A stretch of 64,000 bases of DNA from an uncultured Bacteroidales bacterium (GTDB taxonomy: Bacteria > Bacteroidota > Bacteroidia > Bacteroidales > UBA4417): assembly GCA_963802185.1 (NCBI GenBank), contig CAWDHU010000017.1, positions 202,612 through 266,611 on the forward strand, written 5' to 3'. Positions within the stretch are counted from its first letter, which is position 1. Each line of letters opens with the position of its first letter. The notes under the pieces were generated by a model. The model was not told the origin of the DNA, searched no databases, and saw nothing but the letters and a program-made list of their open reading frames with translations. The translations under genes were made by a program, and so were the position numbers. Shown in pieces: positions 1 through 10,690 of the stretch.

Positions 1-425
1 CAGCACCAGCAACTGGATATGGAACCTTTACAAATGCCGGAATCCTGGATGTTTCAGCATATACCGGAACCATGTATGTTGCTTTCGTTTACAACGGGAA
101 CAAAAGTGCATCTCAAACTACTACATATCAGGTTGACAATGTAGCCATAAACTTGCTTGGATTTGTTGGTTTAAATAAATTAGCAAAAAGTGAAGTAAAC
201 ATTTATCCTAATCCCAGCAACGGTAGATTATTGATCTCTAACCCTTCAAATGACGCACAGGAAATTGCCGTTTTCAATTCACTGGGCAAACAAGTAACAT
301 CTGCTGTTTCAGCAAAGGGCACTATTTCACTTGATATCACAGCACAATCAAAAGGCTTTTACCTGGTAAGGATTACCAATAAAGCTAATAATTCAGTTCA
401 ATACAAAAAGATTGTTCTGAATTAG
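1..425 (+). CDS. T9SS cargo protein, C-terminal fragment (beta-sandwich end plus type-A Por/T9SS sorting domain); 5' end lies outside the window
   Basis: The reading frame is open from the window edge; the ORF track shows only 72..425. The tail NIYPNPSNGRLLISNP...GFYLVRITNKANNSVQYKKIVLN fits the T9SS C-terminal-domain pattern. The preceding ...YVAFVYNG...TYQVDNVAIN resembles the end of choice-of-anchor-J/MAM-like domains. Confidence 0.8.
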   Translation, partial: APATGYGTFTNAGILDVSAYTGTMYVAFVYNGNKSASQTTTYQVDNVAINLLGFVGLNKLAKSEVNIYPNPSNGRLLISNPSNDAQEIAVFNSLGKQVTSAVSAKGTISLDITAQSKGFYLVRITNKANNSVQYKKIVLN

Positions 426-450
426 GCTAAGAATGCCAAATAAATAATCA

Positions 451-496
451 AGCAAACAGGCAGAATCTTTAATGAGATTCTGCCTGTTTGCTTTTC
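451..496 (+). terminator. Rho-independent terminator
   Basis: Perfect 17-bp stem: agcaaacaggcagaatc (451-467) pairs with gattctgcctgtttgct (476-492). 8-nt loop, then TTTC. Confidence 0.8.
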
Positions 497-705
497 TGAT
501 GGTACACGAAAATTAGCTTTTCTATGATTTTATTACACTTTGAAAATTTCATGAAGCAGGTTACAAGAAGATTGTGAATTAGATATTTAGCATTTATTTT
601 TTCAGCATCTGCAATTCGGGAGAAATGCAGGATCAAATATTTTATTCCCTGAATAAAATATTAGTGCCTTCATAATTGTTATTTTTGGAGTGTGAAATCA
701 AAAAT

Positions 706-2361
706 ATGAAGAAATTACTTTTAATTACTTTCCTGGTCGCGACTGCCTTTACCTCCCGAGCTCAGAGCAGCAGCCCGTTACGTCTCGAAATCCCTGCCCC
801 TGCAGGTAGCGATCCGTTTAATTATGTTACTGCCGGAAAAAATGGAATCTGCATCTTCTTTCCAACCGTCACCGAAAGTGGAAGAGACAGCGTAAGCTGG
901 TCCTTTATGATGACTGATGATCAGCTCAAAGAAAAATGGAATAGATTAGTCCCCCTACACAAAGATGTGACTTATTTAAAGAGTTTGTCCACAAGCGAAG
1001 CTGTTTACCTGCTTTTTCACGATACCAAACAAAATAAAGACGGAAATATTTTTGTTTTTATGATTATACCTCGTTTGCAGGTTATTACCGAACATCGTGC
1101 TTCTATACCTGATAAAGCAGAAGTTGTTGATTTTGAGGTATCGAATAATACCGCTTATATTGGCTACAACAGCCGAAAAGGCACACCTGGAATTATAGGA
1201 TTTTCACTCGTAACAGGTGAGAAACGAAACTACAATATCACTGCCGAAGACGATGCATTATTGCTCGATATTGCTATAGATACCGCCAGACAGGATATTT
1301 TTGCAACATATAAAATCCAGTATTCTTCAACCCGAAACCACTTGTTCGTAAATAAATATAATGCAGCCGGGGCACTTCAAAAAACATTTGATTTTACTGG
1401 CCAGCTTGAGAAAAAGAATTTTAACTCAGCACAATACATTCCATTGGGTGAAGGCAAAGGAATTGTAGCAGGCACATATGGCTTTAACATAACGAGTACA
1501 CGAAGGCAGTACGATTATTATGATTATTACTATAACAACTATTATAACAGTTATTATTCGCCCTACTATTCGAGACAATCGGACTACGATGCTAATACCG
1601 ATAAAACTCCAGTGTCTGATGGATATTTTACTGCAAGCATAAACAGTGGCATTGCCGGCCAGGTAAAATATTTCAATTTCGGCGGATTTAACAATGTATT
1701 CAAGTATATTACAAATCCAAGTGCCCTTCATATTAAAACCAAGTCGGCTAGAAAGAAAGAGAAGTCTGCTGAAAATGAACCAACCGAAACAGAATCAAGT
1801 AACGAAAAGACTCTGAATTTAAGACTTATCATGCATGATTTATTGGTAAATGGCGGGCAATTTATCATTACCGCCGAAGCTTACTCTCCTGAATATCACA
1901 CATACACACAAATGTCGTATGATTATTATGGCAGGGCATTTCCAACATCATACCAGGTATTTGATGGGTTCCGCTATTCACATGCATTTATAGCAGGATT
2001 CGATAGCAGCGGTAACATATTGTGGAACAATGGCATGGAAATGCGTGATATACTCACTAAATATCTGAACCGCAAGTTAAATTGCGAGTTTGAAAATAAT
2101 GATGAAATAGTGCTTTTCTACAATGCAAATAATAAAGTTGCATTTAAGACTATTAAAGGCAATACTATTGTTGATAACACTTCATATACAACGCTGGTAC
2201 CAAAACGCAACACCGATCAGCCTAATAATGAATACCTCGGCACTATTGAGCATTGGTATGATGATTACTTTATTGCAACCGGATATCAGACTATCCGGAA
2301 CAATTCTCTCGAAAGCAGTAAACGGAATGTGTTTTATATTAGTAAAATGGCATTCAGGTAA
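706..2361 (+). CDS. secreted hypothetical protein with an internal Tyr/Asn-rich low-complexity tract
   Basis: Long ORF. The likely start is the ATG at 706, giving the signal peptide MKKLLLITFLVATAFTSRAQ. I recognise no family motif. The Y/N tract is at nt 1501-1590. Confidence 0.6.
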   Translation: MKKLLLITFLVATAFTSRAQSSSPLRLEIPAPAGSDPFNYVTAGKNGICIFFPTVTESGRDSVSWSFMMTDDQLKEKWNRLVPLHKDVTYLKSLSTSEAVYLLFHDTKQNKDGNIFVFMIIPRLQVITEHRASIPDKAEVVDFEVSNNTAYIGYNSRKGTPGIIGFSLVTGEKRNYNITAEDDALLLDIAIDTARQDIFATYKIQYSSTRNHLFVNKYNAAGALQKTFDFTGQLEKKNFNSAQYIPLGEGKGIVAGTYGFNITSTRRQYDYYDYYYNNYYNSYYSPYYSRQSDYDANTDKTPVSDGYFTASINSGIAGQVKYFNFGGFNNVFKYITNPSALHIKTKSARKKEKSAENEPTETESSNEKTLNLRLIMHDLLVNGGQFIITAEAYSPEYHTYTQMSYDYYGRAFPTSYQVFDGFRYSHAFIAGFDSSGNILWNNGMEMRDILTKYLNRKLNCEFENNDEIVLFYNANNKVAFKTIKGNTIVDNTSYTTLVPKRNTDQPNNEYLGTIEHWYDDYFIATGYQTIRNNSLESSKRNVFYISKMAFR

Positions 2362-2572
2362 CCAGAATAAATTGTACAGAATAACCATACCATATAATCT
2401 TTTGGCAAATTGGTGACAAGGCAAGAAGCTGAAACACACTAAAATGTACTTCCATTCATTAGTGGAGAAGTAACTTGAGTAAGTTTCTTTTTAATGTAAA
2501 CGATCGGAATATCAGGCATTAACTGTATAAAGTTGTTTCAGAAAATTATACATTTAGGGATAAAATTAAAAA

Positions 2573-2598
2573 GGCTGATGGAATCATCTCCATCAGCC
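2573..2598. terminator. bidirectional hairpin terminator between convergent genes
   Basis: ggctgatgg (2573-2581) pairs with ccatcagcc (2590-2598). An A-run lies upstream and a T-run downstream, so it can work in both orientations. Confidence 0.7.
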
Positions 2599-2618
2599 TT
2601 TTTAATTTTACAATTCAC

Positions 2619-4141
2619 TTATTTTGTAATCTTTATTTCGACCCTGCGATTGAGTGCGCGACCTGCTGCTGTACTATTATCAGCAACCGGGTTATCCTTT
2701 CCGAAATATAACATTTCAATTTTCGAAGTATCCACTCCTTTTTTCATAAGATAACTAATCACAAACTCTGATCGTTTCTCTGATAAACGCAGGTTATATT
2801 CTGCTGATTCACGATCATCGGCAAAGCCGGAAACAGAGACAGATACTCCTGCATTTGCTTTCAGATACTCAGCAATCTCATTCAGATCTTGAACACTTTT
2901 ATTAAGCATTGTACTCTTATCTGATCCGAAAAATATGTTTTTTTGAAGTAAGACTACAATTTCCTTCGATACTTCTGGGCAACCGTTATTGGATGCAATT
3001 CCGGCAATCTCAGGACAATTATCTTTGTTATCGGGAATACCGTCGCCATCTGTATCAGGGCAGCCGGAGAACTGGGCAAGGCCTTTCACATCCGGGCAAA
3101 GATCATCCTTGTCAGCAATTGCGTCACCATCACGATCGGGGCAACCTGCCAGTTCTAACTTTCCGGCAACATCAGGGCATTGATCATCCTTATCTGCAAT
3201 ACCATCATTATCTTTGTCAGGGCAGCCATTGAGTTCCTTTTTCCCTGCAACATCAGGGCAAGCATCTTCTTTATCAGGGATATTGTCACCATCAGTATCC
3301 GGGCAGCCTTTAAATTCAGACATTCCTGCAACGTCAGGACAGGCATCATCTTTATCTGCTATACCGTCGTTATCTTTATCGGGGCAACCGGAAAGACTGA
3401 TTTTACCAGGTACTTCCGGACATAAATCATCTTTATCCCTCACACCATCGCCATCGGTATCTTTAACCCCGATTTTTATTTGTACACCTGCTGAGGCATA
3501 GCTGTAATGGTCATTATTCATTTTGCCCCCGTCGGTAAAATCAAGTATGGTTGAGTTAAATACGGTACGATCGGCATATTCGAGATTAACACTTACAACA
3601 TTGCTAACCCATATTGATGCACCAGCCCCTATAGGCAGAACAAAATTATACTTTCGTGAATCGTGTTTTTCGTAAGGCCGATGAGGATCTATAGTTTCAA
3701 GGTACGATTTGAAAGATGAAATACCTGCTCCAGAATAGAGGTAGAAATTCAATAACCTTTTATCGTTATAATCGGCAAAAATTTCATTGATATTAACTGT
3801 AACATGCAAAGCACCATCCCAGAGGTCAGAAATAAGACGCTTGTTTATATTGGTCTTTTCACTATAAAGTACCGTTTTTACAAACTGCCCCCGCAATCCG
3901 AAAACATGAGTTAGCTGATATCCCCTACCACTCCTGCACCGAGTTGGGGAGTCGGATTCCAATAATCTTTCAGATTGATATCCCCAAAATACTGGCTTAA
4001 TCCCACATTGGGTTGTAAATAAAAATAGCTTTTAAAAGGAGCAATATTAGTATGATTCTGTGCCCGTAAAGAAAAAGGAATTGTAGTGAAAACGACAAAT
4101 ACAGCGAAAAGTAATTGCCTCATAATTTTAATGGTTTTCAT
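2619..4141 (-). pseudogene. OmpA-family outer-membrane protein with TSP3 repeat array, interrupted by a 1-nt frameshift (ORF fragments 3911..4141 and 2619..3962)
   Basis: The 76-aa fragment carries the signal peptide and the conserved N-terminus (YLQPNVGLSQYFGDINLKDYWNPTPQLGAG). The 447-aa fragment continues the paralogue alignment (GYQLTHVFGLRGQF...). It then has repeated DxDxDGxxDxxDxCP units (nt ~2975-3475) and a C-terminal OmpA domain (NRRVEIKI). The frames switch at the C4 run 3922-3925. Confidence 0.75.
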
Positions 4142-4199
4142 AATCGGTTAATTAATATATTATTACAAAAAAATATTAGCCTTTTAAAATTGCGTTAAA

Positions 4200-4207
4200 C
4201 AAAAATA
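4200..4207 (-). promoter_or_regulatory. candidate Bacteroidota -7 promoter element (TAnnTTTG on the minus strand)
   Basis: The plus strand reads CAAAAATAgtgat, 60 bp upstream of the start at 4141. The same extended CAAAnATAGTGAT occurs upstream of the paralogue at 17150. Confidence 0.45.
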
Positions 4208-4375
4208 GTGATTTTATAAATGGCAAAGCTTTATTTAATATTTATTCAGGAAGACACTCAAAAGTCAGAATAGCAAAAGTTTATGTTTTTGCTTTAGGCT
4301 AATAAGAAAATAATTTTAAATAAGGAAGGCAGTTTGAATCTGTATTTTTCTTTTCTGAACTATGTATTTTAGCAC

Positions 4376-6127
4376 CTATTTTGAAATCTTAATTTCAACC
4401 CTGCGATTGAGGGCTCGGCCTTCGTCTGTTTTATTGCTTGCAACAAATTGATTTTTACCAACGAATGATTTTTCAATTTTCAAAGTTGTCATTCCCTTTT
4501 TCTTCAAATAATCGATCACATTATCTACACGTTTCTCGGACAACTGAAGGTCATTTGGTTCTATATCATCTGTAAACCCGGTAATAGAAATTCTTGCTTC
4601 CGGATTTTCCTGCATTGCTTTAACAATTTCATCAAGGCTTAACAAATTCTTAAACGATGGAAATACCTGACTACTACCTGAATTGAAGGTCACCGTTTTT
4701 TGCATATATGTCTCAACTTTCTTTTTGATTACCGGACACCCATTATTGGCAACTAAACCTGCAACTTCAGGGCAATCGTCTCTGTTATCAGGAATACCAT
4801 CGCCGTCGGTATCAGGACAACCATTAAATTTAATGAGGCCTTTTATATCCGGGCAAGCATCGTCATTGTCAGTAATTCCATCACCATCACTATCAGGACA
4901 GCCATCAAATTCCCTCTTTCCAGCTATGTCCGGGCATGCATCATCTTTATCTGCAATACCATCGTTATCAGCGTCAGGACACCCATTGAGTTCTTTTTTC
5001 CCTGCTTCATACACGCATGAATCTTTGCTGTCTTGTATCCCGTCACCATCACTATCTGGGCAACCGGCAAAAACTGCCAATCCATTTTTATCCGGACATG
5101 CATCATCTTTATCAGCTACTCCATCCCCATCCCTGTCAGGACAGCCTGCAAGTTCTTTTTTACCAAATTCATCAGGGCACTTGTCGTCTTTATCGGGAAT
5201 ACCATCGTAATCCCTGTCAGGACATCCGTTGAGTTCTTTCTTTCCTGCTACATTGGGACATGCATCTTCTATGTCTATTATACCGTCAGCATCCGTATCA
5301 GGACAACCATGAAGTTCAGTAGGCCCGGCTAGATCAGGACAAAAATCATCTTTATCAGCTATACCGTCATTGTCTTTATCCGGGCAACCGGCCAATTCAA
5401 CTTTACCCGGAATTTTCGGACATGCATCGTCTTCATCTATTACGCCATCATCGTCAATATCTTTAACCTTGTATTTGACCTGGATCCCAAATGAAGCATA
5501 GCTGTAATGGTCATTCTTTTCGCCCCCGGTAGTAAAATCGAGATCATCGCTGAAAGTTATATGGTCTCCATATTCCAGATTTAAAGCCAAATGAGGGCTC
5601 AAACGAAACGAAACTCCCCCGCCTATTGGAACAAAAAATTCATTTTGTTTATCGGAATTTAAATAAATAACCTCTCTGGGTTTAATATTTTCAAGAGTTG
5701 ATCTATAAGAAGAAATTCCTGCACCTGAAAAAAGATAGAAATTTAAAACCCTTGATTCATTGTACTTTGTAAAAATCTCGTTTATATTAATTGTGAGATT
5801 CAACGCTACATCCCACAGTTCGGAGTAAAATTCCAGATTCTGATCTGATCTTTTGCTATATAAATCAGCTTTCAGGAACTGTCCCCTAAACCCGAAAACA
5901 GGACTGAGCTGGTAACCCAGAATAGCTCCAAATGCCAATTGAGGATTCTGATTATAGTAATTATTTATGTTCAAGTCGCCAAAGTACTGACTAGCCCCAA
6001 TATTGGGATGAAAATATAAATAACCACCCATTTTCTCAGGTTTCAATGAATCCTGAGCCAAGGATATAACTGAAATGAGATTAAAAGCAATAACTGAAAC
6101 AATAATTAATGCAGTTTTCAACATCAT
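4376..6127 (-). CDS. OmpA-family outer-membrane protein with long TSP3 (calcium-binding) repeat array
   Basis: Signal peptide, then an N-terminal beta-barrel-like region shared with the two paralogues. About 12 DxDxDGxxDxxDxCP units lie at nt ~4735-5470. C-terminal OmpA/peptidoglycan-binding domain (...GRALNRRVEIKISK). Confidence 0.85.
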   Translation of the reverse strand: MMLKTALIIVSVIAFNLISVISLAQDSLKPEKMGGYLYFHPNIGASQYFGDLNINNYYNQNPQLAFGAILGYQLSPVFGFRGQFLKADLYSKRSDQNLEFYSELWDVALNLTININEIFTKYNESRVLNFYLFSGAGISSYRSTLENIKPREVIYLNSDKQNEFFVPIGGGVSFRLSPHLALNLEYGDHITFSDDLDFTTGGEKNDHYSYASFGIQVKYKVKDIDDDGVIDEDDACPKIPGKVELAGCPDKDNDGIADKDDFCPDLAGPTELHGCPDTDADGIIDIEDACPNVAGKKELNGCPDRDYDGIPDKDDKCPDEFGKKELAGCPDRDGDGVADKDDACPDKNGLAVFAGCPDSDGDGIQDSKDSCVYEAGKKELNGCPDADNDGIADKDDACPDIAGKREFDGCPDSDGDGITDNDDACPDIKGLIKFNGCPDTDGDGIPDNRDDCPEVAGLVANNGCPVIKKKVETYMQKTVTFNSGSSQVFPSFKNLLSLDEIVKAMQENPEARISITGFTDDIEPNDLQLSEKRVDNVIDYLKKKGMTTLKIEKSFVGKNQFVASNKTDEGRALNRRVEIKISK

Positions 6128-7757
6128 ATTTTCATCTGTGACTATTTAATATTACGGTGCAGATGGAATTATTAACTTCTTAATTGATTTCAAAGGTGCT
6201 AATGAAACCTCTACGCTAAGTTTCTCAAATCTTGTCTATTTTTATCGTTGTTAGTGAACAAAAGGTTCGTCATATTTACAGTAATCTCATCCTCAGTTGG
6301 TAATTTTTACATTCATTGTTATTTCATCAATTGCTTAACTTATGATTTGTCAGAATTTTATAGTGCCAACAAATATACTAAATTATGAAAGAAAAAAAAG
6401 AATGACATAATTACCGGAATTTCATGAATCAGTTGGTGTTATTTTGATGTTTATACTGTTTCACACCATCTGGCGATTTTATTGTGCTTTAAAAGTTTAA
6501 TTTAATCCAAACTGACTTGATTTCGCTTTATAAGAATGAATTAACCAATTCATTCTTGTTTTAGATGAATTCCTTTAAACACTTTTATGCAAAGTAAGGG
6601 TTTAACAGAAGTTGTTACCTGAAATAGATTAATGAATTAATCATGTGGGATATTCTTGCTAAATACATTAACCATTAATAAAACTGAATGTTCGAAAAGA
6701 AGAGCTAATACTTCATTACAATGCTAATAAAAAGGTTAAAGTGTAAATTATAAAAGTTGATATTATTGATGAATATATTTTATATTTTACACTGGCGTTT
6801 AAACTTTGGACCTATTTATCTATATCTGAGACCTGGGTACAATTGAACAATGGTATGAAGATTATTTTTTTTGCATATTGTTATTAAACCTTTCGAATCA
6901 ATTATCTTGATGTGATAAAAGTAACGTAATTTATATTAATAAGATGGCAATCAGATAGTTGTAAAGAAAATTTGGGGTGAAGATGAAAATTGATGTTTAA
7001 CCAGATTATTGGGGATATTCTGTAGACTGTTTATGGAATTAAAACGCATGAAAACTCCCTGTATTACATAAATTTACATCGAATTCACTTATTAATGAGC
7101 TGAATTGGAAATAGCTTAAAAACTTTTCATTTTATTGTTTTCAAACATTTTTAAAAGATCAGGATGATTTAGTGTAAATTTGTTGTTTCAAAAAAAAAAC
7201 AGATCAAAACAACTAAAAAATTGTTAGTATTTTTATACTTTCGCTAAGAGTATAATCAAAGGAAGTATTTTTTTACTTCGTTTACCTTCGGCATACCAAT
7301 GATCGGAGAATATTGATACTTGCTTATTATGGGAATTTTCACTCGTCATTCTATCTACCGTGTATTACTTACTTTGTTGAGTGTTTTGATATTTTGTGTC
7401 GGAGGGCTGAAGGCTCAGACACTTTCTGTCAATCCCACAACATTAAGCGGGTTTACTTATACAGAAAACGCCGGGCCTTCGACTTCACAGAGTTATAATT
7501 TAAGCGGTACCGGCCTTACTCCAGGTCCAGGGGACATTACTATCTCTGAATCATCAAGTTATGAGGTTTCATCCGATAATTCAACTTTCGGATCTACAGC
7601 TACTATTTCATATTCAGGTAGTGATTTTACTGATATACCCGTTTATGTGCGACTTAAAGCCGGCTTAATACCGGGAGATTACAATGGAGAATTTATTATA
7701 AATACCGGTGGAGGAGCAGCTGCTGTTTCAGTAAGCTGTAGCGGGAACGTAACATGT

Positions 7758-10690
7758 ACCTTTCCTGCTGCACCCACAGGAATAGCCGCTAGTCCGGCAA
7801 CAATTTGTAATGGTTTATCCTCGACGATTTCGGTGACTAACCCGGGTGCAGGATTAACTACAGACTGGTTCACGGGTAGTTGCGGTGGTACTCCGGTTGC
7901 CGGTGGTACAGGTGTTAACTCCTTGTCAGTAAGTCCAACGACTACCACAATTTATTATGCTCAGACAAGGAATACGATAACAGGTTGTGTTTCGGCCTGT
8001 ACCAATGTTACGGTTACGGTGACTGCTCTGCCTGCGATACCTGCAGGAATAGCCGCTAGTCCGGCAACAATTTGTAACGGTTTATCCTCGACGATTTCGG
8101 TGACTAATCCCGGGTGCCGGATTAACTACAGACTGGTTCACGGGTAGTTGCGGTGGTACTCCGGTTGCCGGTGGTACAGGTGTTAACTCCTTGTCAGTAA
8201 GTCCAACGACTACCACAATTTATTATGCTCAGACAAGGAATACGACAACAGGTTGTGTTTCGGCCTGTACCAATGTTACGGTTACGGTGACTGCTCTGCC
8301 TGCGATACCTGCAGGAATAACCGCTAGTCCGGCAACAATTTGTAATGGTTTATCCTCGACGATTTCGGTGACTAATCCGGGTGCCGGATTAACTACAGAC
8401 TGGTTTACGGGTAGTTGCGGTGGTACTCCTGTTGCCGGTGGTACAGGTGTTAACTCCTTGTCAGTAAGTCCAACGACTACCACAATTTATTATGCTCAGA
8501 CAAGGAATACGACAACAGGTTGTGTTTCGGCCTGTACCAATGTTACGGTTACGGTGACTGCTCTGCCTGCGATACCTGCAGGAATAGCCGCTAGTCCGGC
8601 AACAATTTGTAACGGTTTATCCTCGACGATTTCGGTGACTAATCCGGGTGCCGGATTAACCACAGACTGGTTCACGGGTAGTTGCGGTGGTACTCCGGTT
8701 GCCGGTGGTACAGGTGTTAACTCCTTGTCAGTAAGTCCAACGACTACCACAATTTATTATGCTCAGACAAGGAATACGACAACAGGTTGTGTTTCAGCCT
8801 GTACCAATGTTACGGTTACGGTGACTGCTCTGCCTGCGATACCTGCAGGAATAACCGCTAGTCCGACAACAATTTGTAATGGTTTATCCTCGACGATTTC
8901 GGTGAATAATCCGGGTGCAGGATTAACTACGGATTGGTTCACGGGTAGTTGCGGTGGTACTCCGGTTGCCGGTGGTACAGGTGTTAACTCCTTGTCAGTA
9001 AGTCCAACGACTACCACAATTTATTATGCTCAGACAAGGAATACGACAACAGGTTGTGTTTCGGCCTGTACCAATGTTACGGTTACGGTGACTGCTCTGC
9101 CTGCGATACCTGCAGGAATAACCGCTAGTCCGACAACAATTTGTAATGGTTTATCCTCGACGATTTCGGTGAATAATCCGGGTGCAGGATTAACTACAGA
9201 CTGGTTCACGGGTAGTTGCGGTGGTACTCCGGTTGCCGGTGGTACAGGTGTAAACTCCTTATCAGTAAGTCCAACGACTACCACAATTTATTATGCTCAG
9301 ACAAGGAATACAACGACGGGTTGCGTCTCCGCCTGTACTAACGTAACAGTTACTGTGAATGCACTTGCTGCCACACCTACTGGGATAGCTGCTAATCCGG
9401 CAGCAATATGTAACGGTGGATCTTCAACGATTTCGGTGACTAACCCGGGTGCAGGATTAACTACGGATTGGTTCACGGTTAGTTGCGGTGGTACTCCGGT
9501 TGCTGGTGGTACAGGTGTTAACTCCTTGTCAGTAAGCCCAACGACTACCACAATTTATTATGCTCAGACAAGGAATACTATAACAGGTTGTGTTTCGGCC
9601 TGTACCAATGTTACGGTTACAGTGACTGCTCTGCCTGCGATACCCACAGGAATAGCCGCTAGTCCGGCAACAATTTGTAATGGTCTATCCTCGACGATTT
9701 CGGTGACTAATCCGGGTGCCGGATTAACTACAGACTGGTTTACAGTTAGTTGCGGTGGTACTCCTGTTGCCGGTGGTACAGGTGTTAACTCCTTATCAGT
9801 AAGTCCAACAACTACCACAATTTATTATGCTCAGACAAGGAATACAACGACGGGTTGCGTCTCCACCTGTACTAACGTAACAGTTACTGTGAATGCACTT
9901 GCTGCCACACCTACTGGGATAGCTGCTAATCCGGCAGCAATATGTAACGGTGGATCTTCAACGATTTCGGTGACTAATCCGGGTGCCGGATATACTACCG
10001 ACTGGTACACGGTAAGTTGTGGTGGTACAGCGGTTGCCGGTGGTACAGGGATTAACTCTTTATTGGTAAGTCCAACGACTACCACAATTTATTATGCTCA
10101 GACAAGGAATACAACGACGGGTTGCGTCTCCGCCTGTACTAATGTAACAGTTACTGTGAATGCACTTGCTGCCACACCTACTGGGATAGCCGCTAATCCG
10201 GCAGCAATATGTAACGGTGGATCTTCAACGATTTCGGTTACTAATCCGGGTGCCGGATTAACTACAGACTGGTTTACGGTTAGTTGCGGTGGTACTCCTG
10301 TTGCCGGTGGTACAGGTGTTAACTCTTTATCAGTAAGTCCAACAACTACCACAATTTATTATGCTCAGACAAGGAATACTATAACAGGTTGTGTTTCGGC
10401 TTGTACCAATGTTACGGTTACAGTGAATGCTCTTGCGGCTGCACCCACAGGAATAGCCGCTAGTCCGGCAACAATTTGTAATGGTCTATCCTCGACGATT
10501 TCGGTGACTAATCCGGGTGCCGGATTAACTACAGACTGGTTTACAGTTAGTTGCGGTGGTACTCCTGTTGCCGGTGGTACAGGTGTTAACTCTTTATCAG
10601 TAAGTCCAACAACTACCACAATTTATTATGCTCACACAAGGAATACTATAACAGGTTGTGTTTCGGCTTGTACCAATGTTACGATTACAG
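7758..10690 (+). repeat. 11 tandem in-frame copies of a 267-bp (89-aa) Cys-containing Ig-like module, near-identical at DNA level, two interleaved subtypes
   Basis: An exact 267-nt period shows in the antisense ORF ladder (8229, 8496, 8763 ... 10365). Unit: PAGIAASPATICNGLSSTISVTNPGAGLTTDWFTGSCGGTPVAGGTGVNSLSVSPTTTTIYYAQTRNTTTGCVSACTNVTVTV. The subtypes are TALPAIPAG.. and NALAATPTG... Confidence 0.9.

Noticed and set aside
2909-5332. Plus-strand ORFs (64-175 aa) rich in SGQP/SSLS motifs opposite the OmpA paralogues. The same effect occurs at 15824..16120.
   Set aside because: They are antisense readings of the GAT/GGC-rich TSP3 repeat arrays. The compositional periodicity keeps wrong frames open, and the sense-strand domains are unambiguous.
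3922-8111. Phase variation by slipped-strand mispairing at the frameshift sites of the surface-protein genes.
   Set aside because: The runs are only 3-4 nt, far shorter than tracts known to slip at useful frequency. The same kind of break also hits housekeeping gltA, so consensus error is the more economical explanation.
8229-10619. Ladder of nine 84-aa antisense ORFs at exact 267-nt spacing, plus 7679..7948.
   Set aside because: They are the reverse complement of the in-frame tandem repeats of the adhesin gene. Their periodicity and identity simply mirror the sense-strand repeat, and they have no independent start context or motifs.
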